Positions 1 to 9,876 of a stretch of DNA of 64,000 bases are shown piece by piece. A program made the position numbers and the translations under genes. The stretch's first letter is position 1, and the number at the start of each line of letters is the position of its first letter. Location: NCBI GenBank assembly GCA_016206155.1, contig JACQSC010000004.1, forward strand, positions 7,450 through 71,449, in the 5' to 3' direction. The notes under the pieces are model-generated. The model worked only from the letters and a program-made list of their open reading frames with translations. It ran no database searches and was not told where the DNA came from. Origin of the DNA: Candidatus Uhrbacteria bacterium. Its GTDB lineage: Bacteria; Patescibacteriota; Patescibacteriia; JACQRZ01.

Positions 1-211
1 GACGCCAGACACATCGCATTAGGCGCGGACGTTATACGCAATTCAAAAAATATTTTTGTAAAAATTGAATTTTTGATAGGCTTTTTAAAAAAGGGGAATT
101 AAGATTTTTTTGCTCGGCTACGAAAACCATTAATAGATAGATAAATTTGACCGTATTCCTTAATATGGTATACTGTAAATAATCAGCTAAACCATATTAA
201 GCATTACTCTT

Positions 212-634
212 ATGTATCTGTCCTCGATCATAAAAATACGCCTGGAAGAAAAGCTGATCAAGCTCAACAAACTTCGCCCGCATCCAAAATCAGCGGTACA
301 AAAATTGCGGGAAAAGTTTCAGATTGAAATGACCTACAACTCAAATGCCATTGAAGGCAACTCTTTGACGTTACGGGAGACTTTTTTGGTTATTAACGAA
401 GGTATTACAATCAAGGGTAAACCTCTTAAAGATCATTTGGAAGCAAAAGATCATCATGCTGCGCTCGAATATCTATATGACTTGATCGATAAAGATAAAA
501 AACACACTGTTTCTGAAATGCTCATAAAAAATTTGCATCAAATTATTTTACAAGAAACCGATAGAGAGTGGGCGGGGAGATATCGGAATGCCAATGTCAT
601 TATTGGCGGAGCCAAACATACGCCACCAGACTAA
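212..634 (+). pseudogene. Fic/DOC family protein, N-terminal fragment (stops before the HxFx(D/E)GNGR catalytic motif)
   Basis: Translation has the Fic N-terminal helices (SNAIEGNSLTL...), but the ORF stops at 140 aa and no Fic motif follows. Confidence 0.4.
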
Positions 635-673
635 CAGCAGAAAATCTGCTAGTCTAGAGCCTAAATAATCTGT

Positions 674-937
674 ATGGTCAAAGCAATCGTGAGCGATTTT
701 TCAAGAGTAGTATTGCTTCCCCTGAACCACCAGTATACCGGGGGATTGAATGCGCTCTATCGAGATCTCAAGAGCCAGGATCAGCTTGATTTTTGGAAGT
801 ATTTTCAGCTGAACAGGGCTTTGCTTGAATGGTATAAAAAGATCGGCGAGCAGGTTGATATCTATCTCTTTACTGCCGAATATATTCAAGAGGATCTGGC
901 GGTACGGTACGAACTCACTGAGCTATACGAGACATGA
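674..937 (+). CDS. hypothetical protein (possible gene remnant after the Fic fragment)
   Basis: 87-aa ORF only; weak HAD-like N-terminus (KAIVSDFSRV), no complete motif. Confidence 0.2.
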   Translation: MVKAIVSDFSRVVLLPLNHQYTGGLNALYRDLKSQDQLDFWKYFQLNRALLEWYKKIGEQVDIYLFTAEYIQEDLAVRYELTELYET

Positions 938-980
938 ATAAAGTTTTAGAATAGGCGAGAATTGACGCCGGTGCAGCCTA

Positions 981-1484
981 TCAAAGCTTCGGAACATGAT
1001 AGAGCTTTTTGGTGCGGTCTACAAAAAGAATACCGTCGAGGTGGTCAATCTCGTGCTGAAGGCAGCGTGCAAGCAGTCCTGACGCTTGAACCGTTTTCTT
1101 CGCACCTTCGCGGTCACTGTACGCAACTGTGACGGACTTCCACCGGCGCACCACGCCAAAGATTTCTGGCACAGAAAGACAGCCCTCCTCTCCATCTTCC
1201 TTGAAGAGGGAGTGACGGACGATAACGGGGTTGATAATAACAAGCGCATCATTTTTTTTCTCTCGATACTCCTCAAAACGCTCAGGGTATGGACAGAGCA
1301 CTGAAATGCGATATGAGCGATTGACCTGCGGCGCGGCAAGGCCAATCCCGTCTTTCTCATACATCGTCACAATCATGTCGTCGATAAGTTTTTGAACCGC
1401 GGGATCATCCGCCCTGGCAGCCTCTGCCGTGCGTGTGCGTAGAACGGAGTTTTTGTCGCGAAGGGTAACAATAGGGAGCATCAT
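981..1484 (-). CDS. def: peptide deformylase
   Basis: PDF motifs GIGLAAPQV, EGCLSVP and QHEIDHLDG in the translation. Confidence 0.9.
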   Translation of the reverse strand: MMLPIVTLRDKNSVLRTRTAEAARADDPAVQKLIDDMIVTMYEKDGIGLAAPQVNRSYRISVLCPYPERFEEYREKKNDALVIINPVIVRHSLFKEDGEEGCLSVPEIFGVVRRWKSVTVAYSDREGAKKTVQASGLLARCLQHEIDHLDGILFVDRTKKLYHVPKL

Positions 1485-1513
1485 ATATGAAAAGTGATAA
1501 CCGGTGATGTATG

Positions 1514-3382
1514 TTACAAGATCACTGGGTCAATGTCAACGAGCCACCCATAGGGAAGCGATCTGAGATAGCTCTGGAGTTCTTCGGGGAGCTCTGCGTT
1601 GAGAATCGTTTTTTGAGGAATTGAGAATACAATCATGGAATCGGTTTTGGAGCGTATGGTTGCGCCGAGTGTGACACAGCGGTCAGCAATGACAATGGAT
1701 GAGATCGGATCTCCTGAAATAAGTGCATGCGGCGATAATGAAACGATATGACGTCCTGGATATGGGGGGAGATCCGACCTTTGAAGACGGAGGCGAAAGA
1801 GGCGGGTTGAAGGAGGCCACTGGTGGGCGGCACGCTCAGTAAGCGCTCCTCGCGCATAGTCATCATAGTTGCCCGAATGAAGCGCCTTCATATACCTCGC
1901 ATCGGGAGAAAAAGTTTGAACAAGAAATTTTGCATTGCATAATTTCGCAAGACGCATAAACTCGAACAACAACTGTACATGCCGCTCCTCTGATCGAAAG
2001 TCAGAAAGGGTCAGAGTCGGATCACCGGAAAGCACGCCAATGCACCCGATAGAACGAAAGGCCTCCGGACATGCGCGCAGGAGATACGACGTGCCGACAA
2101 TAATAGCGTTATGAAGTTCTGGCACGCCAGTACCGCTATGGAGCCGTTTGAGGATGTCTTGCGGATGCTTCTGCTGCGTGAACTCAAGAACGCGGGAGTC
2201 AGGAAACTCCTTCTTGACCAATTCGGCGATTTTTTCCGTTCCCAGTGCAATAAAATGAAAGCGCACCGATTGGCATGCGGGACAGCGCGACGGCAGTATT
2301 TCATCGGCGTTGCACTGGGTGCAGATAAGACGCGATTGAGCGGCGCGCGCAGGCGCATCGCATTGCGCGCATGAGAAGACATGCCCGCAGTCACGGCAGG
2401 TGATCATCCTGCTCGCGCCCGTTCGATTCACAAAAAGAAACGCGCCACGTTTCTGTGCGAGGCTCTCGCGCACTGAATCAATTAATTGTTCGCTGATGTA
2501 CCCGCGTCCCGTTGCGCGAATTTCATCGCGCATATTGATAATGGTCGCAGTACATTCGCATGGTTTCCGTTTTGAAAGAAAAAATTCCTCAAGACGGGGC
2601 GTATCACTTGCATAGACCAATGGGCATCCTGTCCGTGTATGGATGTCAAGCGCAACAGCACGCACGTCAAAGCGTGGATTGAGGTCGTACTGATTGTGTT
2701 CATTTCGCTCGGCAGAATCGACAATCAGCGCACCAAGATTATGGAGAGGGACGCAGGCGCCGGCGCGTGTCGCGATGATACAATGCGGCGTTCTGTCAAA
2801 GAGCGATGACCATCGCGAGAATAGCAAACCTGCGGAAAGGTCGCTATGCATGACTGTCACAGCATCACCAGCCGCAGCGCGCGCATGCGGCTCAAGAAGC
2901 GCGGCCTCGTGAATTGTTGGAACACATATCAGAATGTTCTTTTTTTTCTTGAGCGTTTTTTTTATGAGTGCGCAGTGGTCGCGGTACCGCTCTCCTAAAA
3001 AAGATTCATGAAGCACGGAAGGAAGTGTTCGTTGCTTGCGCAGAACACCTGTTGAGAGATAGGAACGAGGAAAATCCGGAAGCAAAGCCTTGAGGGCCGT
3101 GGCACGCGAGATGCAATAGTGGCGTGCGAACCACTCGAAATGTGCGCGTTGCATATTCCACGCCATATAGCGCAATGGCAACGTGCGTGTGATCGGTTTA
3201 AGCGTCTCTGCGCGCGCTTCATCTACGCTCCAAACAAGACCTGCGATTGTTTTCTTGCGAAATGGTATTGTAACAAACGTCCCCGGAAGGCACGCGTCGC
3301 GCATATCGTCTGGAATCGAGTAGTCAAAAAGAGCGAGATTACGCGGAAGGCGTGTGATTGGAACAATGCGCGCGCTTTTCAT
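1514..3382 (-). CDS. priA: primosomal protein N' (PriA) homolog, helicase motif I apparently missing
   Basis: N-terminal 3' DNA-binding region, Cys4-Cys4 zinc-finger insertion (CRDCG...CAQC...CTQC...CPAC), and PriA-like motif Ia/II region (ILICVPTI...IVDSAERNEH); no GxGKT. Confidence 0.75.
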   Translation of the reverse strand: MKSARIVPITRLPRNLALFDYSIPDDMRDACLPGTFVTIPFRKKTIAGLVWSVDEARAETLKPITRTLPLRYMAWNMQRAHFEWFARHYCISRATALKALLPDFPRSYLSTGVLRKQRTLPSVLHESFLGERYRDHCALIKKTLKKKKNILICVPTIHEAALLEPHARAAAGDAVTVMHSDLSAGLLFSRWSSLFDRTPHCIIATRAGACVPLHNLGALIVDSAERNEHNQYDLNPRFDVRAVALDIHTRTGCPLVYASDTPRLEEFFLSKRKPCECTATIINMRDEIRATGRGYISEQLIDSVRESLAQKRGAFLFVNRTGASRMITCRDCGHVFSCAQCDAPARAAQSRLICTQCNADEILPSRCPACQSVRFHFIALGTEKIAELVKKEFPDSRVLEFTQQKHPQDILKRLHSGTGVPELHNAIIVGTSYLLRACPEAFRSIGCIGVLSGDPTLTLSDFRSEERHVQLLFEFMRLAKLCNAKFLVQTFSPDARYMKALHSGNYDDYARGALTERAAHQWPPSTRLFRLRLQRSDLPPYPGRHIVSLSPHALISGDPISSIVIADRCVTLGATIRSKTDSMIVFSIPQKTILNAELPEELQSYLRSLPYGWLVDIDPVIL

Positions 3383-4170
3383 ACCCGATACTCAAGCACC
3401 GTATAACCGACTCCAAACGGAGCTTCATATGAGAGAAGGTGCGTGTTCCATGAAAGAGAATCAAGGATTCCGCGTAGAACAATGCTGGGCTGCACTGCAC
3501 AGGCGTTCAGCCTCCGAACATCCTCTCTTTTTATCGAAAGCAGCGCGTCGGGAGCTTTTTTTCGCAATGCATCGATAAACATGTAGTCGAAAGGAAGACA
3601 TATTTTTTCATGTTCCTCTTTCTTTCCCTTTTTAACGCAATGCGCGCAGTCACCGGCCGCTAGACAGATGATGCGCTTTGCCGACCTCTGAAGCGTGCTC
3701 GTGAGCGCGCACCCGAAGGCAAATAAAGCGCGTGTATCAGTATCAGGGGGTTGAACAATGACGACCTTTATTGGAAGCCCCTCAAAAAGCGTGAGTAACG
3801 GGATGCCTGCAGTGTATTCCGGATAGTCGTTGCTGATAAGAGCAAGGGAGATATGCGCGTCACGTATATTGCCCTTGATTTCGGTGCCGAGCACCGTATC
3901 ACAGGCGAATGAACCCTTTGTTACGAGATCGCCGAACTTGCTTACATCGACACAATACTGCTGCGCCAGCTGGAGCTCGAAAACGGTTCGCCGGCGTCGC
4001 CCTTGTTCAGGCGTTTTAATTAACACGACGGTATCAACACCAAGATTGGCGCATGACGCTTTGAGCGTGGCCAATCCTTCAAGCGTCTTTACAAGCATGT
4101 CGTGAGCATCTTTTCCAATTGATGGGAGAAGGAGTGGAGAGTGCGGAATGAGGGCAGCAGAGACAATCAT
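3379..4170 (-). CDS. LigB/MEMO1-superfamily (class III extradiol dioxygenase subunit B-like) protein
   Basis: N-terminus MIVSAALIPHSPLL resembles the LigB-family HxP start; length about 260 aa. Confidence 0.45.
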   Translation of the reverse strand: MIVSAALIPHSPLLLPSIGKDAHDMLVKTLEGLATLKASCANLGVDTVVLIKTPEQGRRRRTVFELQLAQQYCVDVSKFGDLVTKGSFACDTVLGTEIKGNIRDAHISLALISNDYPEYTAGIPLLTLFEGLPIKVVIVQPPDTDTRALFAFGCALTSTLQRSAKRIICLAAGDCAHCVKKGKKEEHEKICLPFDYMFIDALRKKAPDALLSIKREDVRRLNACAVQPSIVLRGILDSLSWNTHLLSYEAPFGVGYTVLEYRV

Positions 4171-4177
4171 AATGGCA

Positions 4178-4210
4178 GGGTACAGGGTTTAGGGTACAGG
4201 GTTTAGGGTT
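4178..4210. repeat. heptanucleotide tandem repeat GGGTACA/GGGTTTA (about 4.7 units); opposite strand CCCTAAA encodes the C-terminus and TAA stop of the 4189..5613 gene
   Basis: Direct reading: gggtacagggtttagggtacagggtttagggtt. Confidence 0.85.
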
Positions 4211-5613
4211 CCTGTTTGAGCAATGCCTGTCGTTGGATCTGTATACTCTTGCTCGATAATGCGGCCAATATCGACCGGCGCGCCGAGTGGGTGCAGTGCA
4301 AGCGTTGCGCCAGTCGTTGACATGACTTGATTCCACGAAAAACCCAAAGCGGTAAACGCCTCCTCTGATACGAACTGGCGCTTCTGGCCGTGTGAGATGA
4401 TGTAGACGGTCGGATCGCCATCTGATTTTATAAGCGAGCCGTCGGAAAAAAGCATTGGCGCACCGAGCGGAACCGCATCAAGCGCTCCCTTGCGATCGGG
4501 GCGTATCGGCATGCGCGCAAAGTTTGCCTGGAGGAGTGCGCGTTCAAGCAAGGGGCGCTTGATCCCGCCGGAGAGCGCAAACACTCCGCCGGTACGGACA
4601 TCCTGGACAAGCTCCTCCATTGGTGACTGTTTTTTTGACAGGATTCCTTTTGTTGGAATCTCGTCAAGATCGTGGTCGTTGACCCGAACTATCTCGTCGG
4701 GATTGAATCCGATGCTTCGAAAGACATCTCGCGACGGGATAATATACTTTCCATCATCCGCGATCAAAAACACACCGCCGCTTGGCACCTGCAGAAGAGA
4801 GTATTGCATAAAACGGAGTGGCATTCCTTCGGTATATGTGTCCAGACTCCCGCGGGTAACCGTGACAAGATTTTTTTCAGAAAAGCGAGAGCGAAGCACG
4901 CTCATGGATGTAATTTTTCGTTTTTTTCCATCCTGAATGAGCCAGATATCCGAGGATTCATTTTCTTTTACCAGCATGCCGTCAGGAAATACTTTGCCGA
5001 AATAACTCTGCCAGAGCTTCCAGAAGCTGAAGTTGCCGCGCAGGTGGGGAGTGTAGTTATAGAGTGCGGCGGTCGCGTTGTTGCGGGGAATGAGGGACAC
5101 ACCGTCAACGATCGCTTGAGCGCCGGCGCGATAATTAAACTCGTTCGCGTTCGTAATGTAATACTTGCTGCGCCATGCCGCTTTTTCCACCTGAGTCGCA
5201 AATCCTTTATATGCGGCGATGGCAGGATCGGTCGGAGCGCAGCTGTCACAGCGCGCAAAGCCCGTCGCCCAATCATAGTTGTATGGTGTCGGATGTTGAT
5301 TTTCTATAAGGCTCTGTTCTTTTTGCAGCAAGACAAGAAGCACCTTCGGGTTCAGGCCATTGGTTGTCGCCGATTCCCAGATGACATCAGACGCTCTCTT
5401 GTTCTCGCCGCGGTGTGTCACAACCGTATACGTTGCAAGAGTTGATTGCTTTCGCTCAAGGAATGACTGCACCTCTGCGCGGCTCATATCCTCGTGATGA
5501 AAAAAATCCGCATCGGGAATAATGTCCTCGGGGTTAAACGAAAGACTCCACGCGTTTGGCACAGCACTTGCAAAAACGGTGGCACTAATGAGCAACAAGA
5601 GTATGGTACGCAT
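4189..5613 (-). CDS. secreted protein, possible cell-wall-associated hydrolase (unassigned family)
   Basis: Signal peptide MRTILLLLISATVFASA; C-terminal triple repeat of about 45 aa; C-terminus NPVP* supplied by the heptamer repeat. Confidence 0.55.
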   Translation of the reverse strand: MRTILLLLISATVFASAVPNAWSLSFNPEDIIPDADFFHHEDMSRAEVQSFLERKQSTLATYTVVTHRGENKRASDVIWESATTNGLNPKVLLVLLQKEQSLIENQHPTPYNYDWATGFARCDSCAPTDPAIAAYKGFATQVEKAAWRSKYYITNANEFNYRAGAQAIVDGVSLIPRNNATAALYNYTPHLRGNFSFWKLWQSYFGKVFPDGMLVKENESSDIWLIQDGKKRKITSMSVLRSRFSEKNLVTVTRGSLDTYTEGMPLRFMQYSLLQVPSGGVFLIADDGKYIIPSRDVFRSIGFNPDEIVRVNDHDLDEIPTKGILSKKQSPMEELVQDVRTGGVFALSGGIKRPLLERALLQANFARMPIRPDRKGALDAVPLGAPMLFSDGSLIKSDGDPTVYIISHGQKRQFVSEEAFTALGFSWNQVMSTTGATLALHPLGAPVDIGRIIEQEYTDPTTGIAQTGTLNPVP

Positions 5614-5623
5614 TCAATAATGG

Positions 5624-8275
5624 TTATGTCGCAGCGGTCGCGGCGGCAAGTTCTTTTGCGTTTGCAATGATGATCGTTTCATCCTTGGCATCGATTTGGA
5701 CGGTGTCGCCCTCCTTTACGCTGCCATCGACGATCTTGAGCGCAAGTTCATTGAGGATACAGTTTTGGACCGCGCGCTTAAGCGGGCGGGCGCCATAGAG
5801 CGGATCGTAGCCGCGTTTTGCCAGAAAATTGACAAGCGCTTCGGTAAATTCAACGGTGATATCCTGCTTTGTCAGGCGTTCGCGCACCTCTTCAAGCTGA
5901 AGCGCAACGATATGCTGTATCTGTTTTTCCGAGAGGGGATGAAAGATGATGATTTCTGTAATGCGATTGAGAAACTCCGGCTTGAAGTGTTTATGGAGCA
6001 CATCCATGATCTTGTCTCGCATTTCATCTTCATCGATGATCTTTGATGCGCGCTCCCCGGAAGAAAAGCCCAATGACGCCTGGCGTAAAAGATCTCCGCC
6101 AAGATTCGACGTCATGATGATAATGGTGTTCTTAAAGTTCACTTTTCGTCCTTTCGCGTCGGTAATATGTCCGTCGTCAAGAATTTGCAGAAGCACGTTA
6201 AATATCTCGGGATGCGCTTTTTCAATTTCATCAAAGAGGATTACGCTGTAGGGCTTGCGGCGGATTTTTTCCGTAAGCTGTCCGCCTTCATCATAGCCGA
6301 CATAGCCAGGGGGGGAACCGATCAGGCGAGAGACGGAATGCTTCTCGCCAAACTCGCTCATGTCGACGCGAATCAATGCTTGTTCGTCGTTGAACATAAA
6401 CTCCGCAAGACTCTTTGCCAGTTTTGTTTTTCCAACGCCGGTCGGACCGATGAAGAGGAATGAGCCGATGGGCTGCTGCTCTTCGGAAAGTCCTGCGCGC
6501 GATCGGCGCAATGCGTTGGCAACCGCCAGGATTGCTTCCTGTTGTCCGACAACTCGCTGTGAAAGAATGTCCTCTGCAGTTTTGAGCTTTTCAGCCTCGC
6601 TTTGAAGAATTTTCATAGCCGGAATGCCTGTCCATCGCGCAATGACCGCAGCGATCTCTTCCTCGGTAACTTCTTCTTTAAGGAAGCGGTGCTTTCGCTG
6701 AAGCGCGGTGAGGCGCTGCATCGTCTTTTTTAAGTCCTTCTCCATCTGGGGAATGATGACGTGGCGGATCTCCGCGACGCGTTGAATATCGACGCGCCTC
6801 TCGGCAATATCTTCTTCTTGTTTGAGTTTATCTATTTTTTTTCTGATGTCGCGGATTTCGGTAATCAACTCTTTTTCGTTTTTCCAGTCGATCTCGAGCT
6901 TCTGCGCCTGCTCTTTGGTCTCGGCAAGTTCTTTTTCAAGCTCCTTCAGGCGCGCCTTTGCATGTTTATCCGATTCTTTGGAAAGCGCCTGTTTTTCAAT
7001 CTCCAGCTTCAGGATCGTTCGTTTGAGCCGGTCGAGTTCGACGGGTTGGCTGTCGATTTGAAGCCGGATTGCCGATGTCGCTTCATCAATGCAATCAATT
7101 GCCTTATCCGGCAGAAAGCGGTCAGCAATATATCGATGAGAGAGGTGAGTGGCAGCAACAATAGCCGCATCGGTAATACGGACTCCGTGATGAATTTCGT
7201 ATTTTTCCTTGATACCGCGCAGAATGGCGACGGTATCGTCAACCGTCGGCTCGACAACGAGTACGGGCTGGAAGCGGCGCTCAAACGCGGCATCCCGTTC
7301 AATATATTTCTGATATTCCTTCAGCGTCGTCGCGCCGATGGTCCGCAGCTCACCGCGCGCCAGGGCGGGTTTAAGCATATTTGATGCGTCAATTGCGCCT
7401 TCAGCGCCTCCCGCTCCCACTACGGTATGCAGCTCATCGACAAACAGGATCACCTGGCCGTTCTTGCTTGTGATTTCTTTGAGCACCGCTTTAAGGCGAT
7501 CCTCAAAGTCTCCACGGAATTTTGTTCCCGCAACAAGCGACCCCATGTCAAGCGCAAGAATCTCTTTCTCCTTCAGCGATTCGGGGACGTCGCCGGAAAC
7601 AATGCGCTGGGCAAGCCCCTCAACAATGGCGGTTTTTCCAACACCCGCCTCACCGATAAGAACGGGATTATTTTTCGTCCTGCGCGAAAGCACCTGAATG
7701 ACGCGGCGGATTTCCTCATCGCGTCCGATCACGGGATCAAGTTTTTCGTGGCGCGCTTGATCCGTAAGATTCACTGCATATTTACTGAGCGCCTGGTATT
7801 TGCTCTCCGGATCAGGGTCGGTGACTTTTTGCGTTCCGCGTAACTGGGCAAGAATACGCAGGACAGCATCGTAGTCGATTTTATAAAGTTTAAGAATTTT
7901 TTCCGCCGGAGAGGGGGTTTGAATAAGCGCGAGAAAAAGGTGCTCGGTACTGATATACTCATCGCGAATATTTTTCGCCTCTTTCTCTGCTTGATTGAGA
8001 ATTTGCGCGATCTCCTTTGAGATATAGATCTGGGCGGTGCCCCCTCCTGAGACGTAGGGGATAAAGCGAAGCTCTTCCTCGAGCTCCTGTTCAAGGGTTG
8101 TAACAGGTATCTCGAGTTTTTGCAGAAGACCCGAAACAATGCCTTCTTGTTGGCGGACGAGAGAGAGAAGAAGATGGAGCGAGGTGATTTCTTGATGGTT
8201 GCGTTCGGCGGTTAGCTTGTGCGCATGTTGAAGCGCTTCCTGCGCCCGGGTCGTAAAGTTATTATTTTCCGGCAT
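5624..8275 (-). CDS. clpB: ATP-dependent chaperone ClpB
   Basis: Two AAA+ modules ([16 protein letters not shown]), long coiled-coil middle domain, Clp N-domain. Confidence 0.95.
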   Translation of the reverse strand: MPENNNFTTRAQEALQHAHKLTAERNHQEITSLHLLLSLVRQQEGIVSGLLQKLEIPVTTLEQELEEELRFIPYVSGGGTAQIYISKEIAQILNQAEKEAKNIRDEYISTEHLFLALIQTPSPAEKILKLYKIDYDAVLRILAQLRGTQKVTDPDPESKYQALSKYAVNLTDQARHEKLDPVIGRDEEIRRVIQVLSRRTKNNPVLIGEAGVGKTAIVEGLAQRIVSGDVPESLKEKEILALDMGSLVAGTKFRGDFEDRLKAVLKEITSKNGQVILFVDELHTVVGAGGAEGAIDASNMLKPALARGELRTIGATTLKEYQKYIERDAAFERRFQPVLVVEPTVDDTVAILRGIKEKYEIHHGVRITDAAIVAATHLSHRYIADRFLPDKAIDCIDEATSAIRLQIDSQPVELDRLKRTILKLEIEKQALSKESDKHAKARLKELEKELAETKEQAQKLEIDWKNEKELITEIRDIRKKIDKLKQEEDIAERRVDIQRVAEIRHVIIPQMEKDLKKTMQRLTALQRKHRFLKEEVTEEEIAAVIARWTGIPAMKILQSEAEKLKTAEDILSQRVVGQQEAILAVANALRRSRAGLSEEQQPIGSFLFIGPTGVGKTKLAKSLAEFMFNDEQALIRVDMSEFGEKHSVSRLIGSPPGYVGYDEGGQLTEKIRRKPYSVILFDEIEKAHPEIFNVLLQILDDGHITDAKGRKVNFKNTIIIMTSNLGGDLLRQASLGFSSGERASKIIDEDEMRDKIMDVLHKHFKPEFLNRITEIIIFHPLSEKQIQHIVALQLEEVRERLTKQDITVEFTEALVNFLAKRGYDPLYGARPLKRAVQNCILNELALKIVDGSVKEGDTVQIDAKDETIIIANAKELAAATAAT

Positions 8276-8295
8276 GGCTCTCTAATACTATGGAA

Positions 8296-8322
8296 TTAGC
8301 AGTCCTATAATTTGAGTGCTAA
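8296..8322. promoter_or_regulatory. CIRCE-like HrcA operator (TTAGCAGTC-N9-GAGTGCTAA) upstream of clpB
   Basis: One mismatch to the CIRCE consensus TTAGCACTC-N9-GAGTGCTAA, about 20 nt upstream of the clpB start. Confidence 0.6.
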
Positions 8323-8462
8323 TAGTATAGCCTTGGCGGCTATGATGTCAAGTGCTTGCATATAGTATATCATATATCGTGTCCATTGAGAAGAAGGGTA
8401 CAACGACTTACGCATTCGGCGCATTTCTTCGTCGTGGGGATGGTTGAGTATTTGGTGATACA

Positions 8463-9242
8463 TTGGTAGACTGGAGCAATATGAGTGTTGAAATTATAGG
8501 GGTACGAATTGACCGTCTGCGGAGCGCGGATATAAGGGAACGATGTGCGGAGTGGCTTTTACAGAAAGAGCGGCGCCGCCTCCATCAGGTGGTTACGGTG
8601 AATCCCGAATTTATCATGGAGGCACAGAGGAATAGCGAATTTCGCAAGGCGCTCAATGCCGCCGCACTTTCCCTTGCTGACGGGATAGGCCTTTTTTTTG
8701 CCTCGTGGATATTGTACGGATGGCGTAGTCGCCTTTTTCGCGTTACTGGGGTTGATTTTACCTGGATGCTTGCCGAGCTGTGCGCGCAGAACGGATCTCG
8801 GGTCTATCTTCTTGGCGCGGGCGATGGGTTAGCGCATGCTGCGGCTGCAGTGCTTCAAAGGCGCTATCCGACCCTTGTGATCGCCGGTGCGGAAATGGGC
8901 ATTCCAAAAGTTGTTGCAAAAACAAGCGATTTGCTTGATAAAGAGCTCTGTGAGAAAATTTGCTCTGCGCGTCCCGACGTTCTCTTGGTTGCCTTTGGGG
9001 CGCCGCGGCAGGATCTTTGGATCGCGCACAACGCTTCGCGCATGGACGGGATAGCGATCGCCGTTGGCGTTGGCGGAACATTTGATTACCTTGCGGGTGC
9101 GGTTCCGTATGCGCCCAAGTGGGTAAGAAGTATTGGATTCGAATGGACGTATCGTCTTATGACCCAGCCCTACCGTTGGCGGCGCATCATTACGGCGGTC
9201 ATTCGTTTCCCCATTGCCGTTCTTCGCTCAAAGTTTTTTTGA
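8463..9242 (+). CDS. WecB/TagA/CpsF family glycosyltransferase
   Basis: Family-typical length and motifs (GVRID..., GxGxG region, LVAFGAPRQD). Confidence 0.8.
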   Translation: MVDWSNMSVEIIGVRIDRLRSADIRERCAEWLLQKERRRLHQVVTVNPEFIMEAQRNSEFRKALNAAALSLADGIGLFFASWILYGWRSRLFRVTGVDFTWMLAELCAQNGSRVYLLGAGDGLAHAAAAVLQRRYPTLVIAGAEMGIPKVVAKTSDLLDKELCEKICSARPDVLLVAFGAPRQDLWIAHNASRMDGIAIAVGVGGTFDYLAGAVPYAPKWVRSIGFEWTYRLMTQPYRWRRIITAVIRFPIAVLRSKFF

Positions 9243-9275
9243 CAAAAAGCAGAAAATGTGATACACTAGCAGTGT

Positions 9276-9515
9276 ATGAAGGAAATTTCACCAAATATTG
9301 TTATTGATCCACTGGTACGATTCGGAAAGCCGATCATCAAAGGAACAAGAATAACCGTTGAAGAAGCGCTTGGTTTTCTTCGGAGCGGGATGACGTACGA
9401 CGAAATATATCAAGAGTATGAACTGACCCCAGAACAACTGCGGTGTGTCATTGATTATGCAGCTGCGTTTGTTGCTGGCGAAAACGTTCAGCAATTCAGA
9501 ACCATGGAAGCATGA
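9276..9515 (+). CDS. DUF433 domain protein (putative antitoxin)
   Basis: GKPIIKGTRITVEEALGFLRSGMTYDEI matches the DUF433 core. Confidence 0.7.
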   Translation: MKEISPNIVIDPLVRFGKPIIKGTRITVEEALGFLRSGMTYDEIYQEYELTPEQLRCVIDYAAAFVAGENVQQFRTMEA

Positions 9516-9871
9516 TGTTTTTTATTGACAGCAACCTTCCTTACTCTGCAAAACAGGCGTTCCTTCAATACGGAAAAGCATTACACACACGAGATGTCGG
9601 CTTGAAAGATGCCCCAGATATAGTTGTGCACGCATATGCTGTTTCACAAAATGCGATTTTAGTAACGCAAGATTTAGAGTTTAGTAACCTAACCCTTTTT
9701 TCTTATCCAAGGGGAACAGGACTCATTATTTTGCGTATTCCTTCATTTTATCGGAAGCAGTACATTGAAAAGTTTATAGATACATTTCTTTCCGAACATG
9801 GCCGTAATGATTTTACGAACGCTGTTACTGTTGTGCAGCCGGGGTGGATTCGAAGACGGCCGATTGAATAA
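9512..9871 (+). CDS. DUF5615 (PIN-like) domain protein, partner of DUF433
   Basis: FFIDSNLP...ILVTQDLEF pattern; 4-nt overlap with the upstream gene. Confidence 0.65.
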   Translation: MMFFIDSNLPYSAKQAFLQYGKALHTRDVGLKDAPDIVVHAYAVSQNAILVTQDLEFSNLTLFSYPRGTGLIILRIPSFYRKQYIEKFIDTFLSEHGRNDFTNAVTVVQPGWIRRRPIE

Positions 9872-9876
9872 TTTTT

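Noticed and set aside
4178-4210. Telomere interpretation of the TTTAGGG-like repeats
   Set aside because: Arrays are short (4-5 units), internal, and flanked by genes on both sides. A linear-chromosome telomere would be terminal and longer.
5696-8139. Numerous 60-200-aa ORFs antisense to or frame-shifted within clpB (similar ones occur inside pilB, ftsH, hppA, the LTD protein and the giant repeat protein)
   Set aside because: Fully nested in strongly supported genes. Typical GC-rich spurious ORFs.
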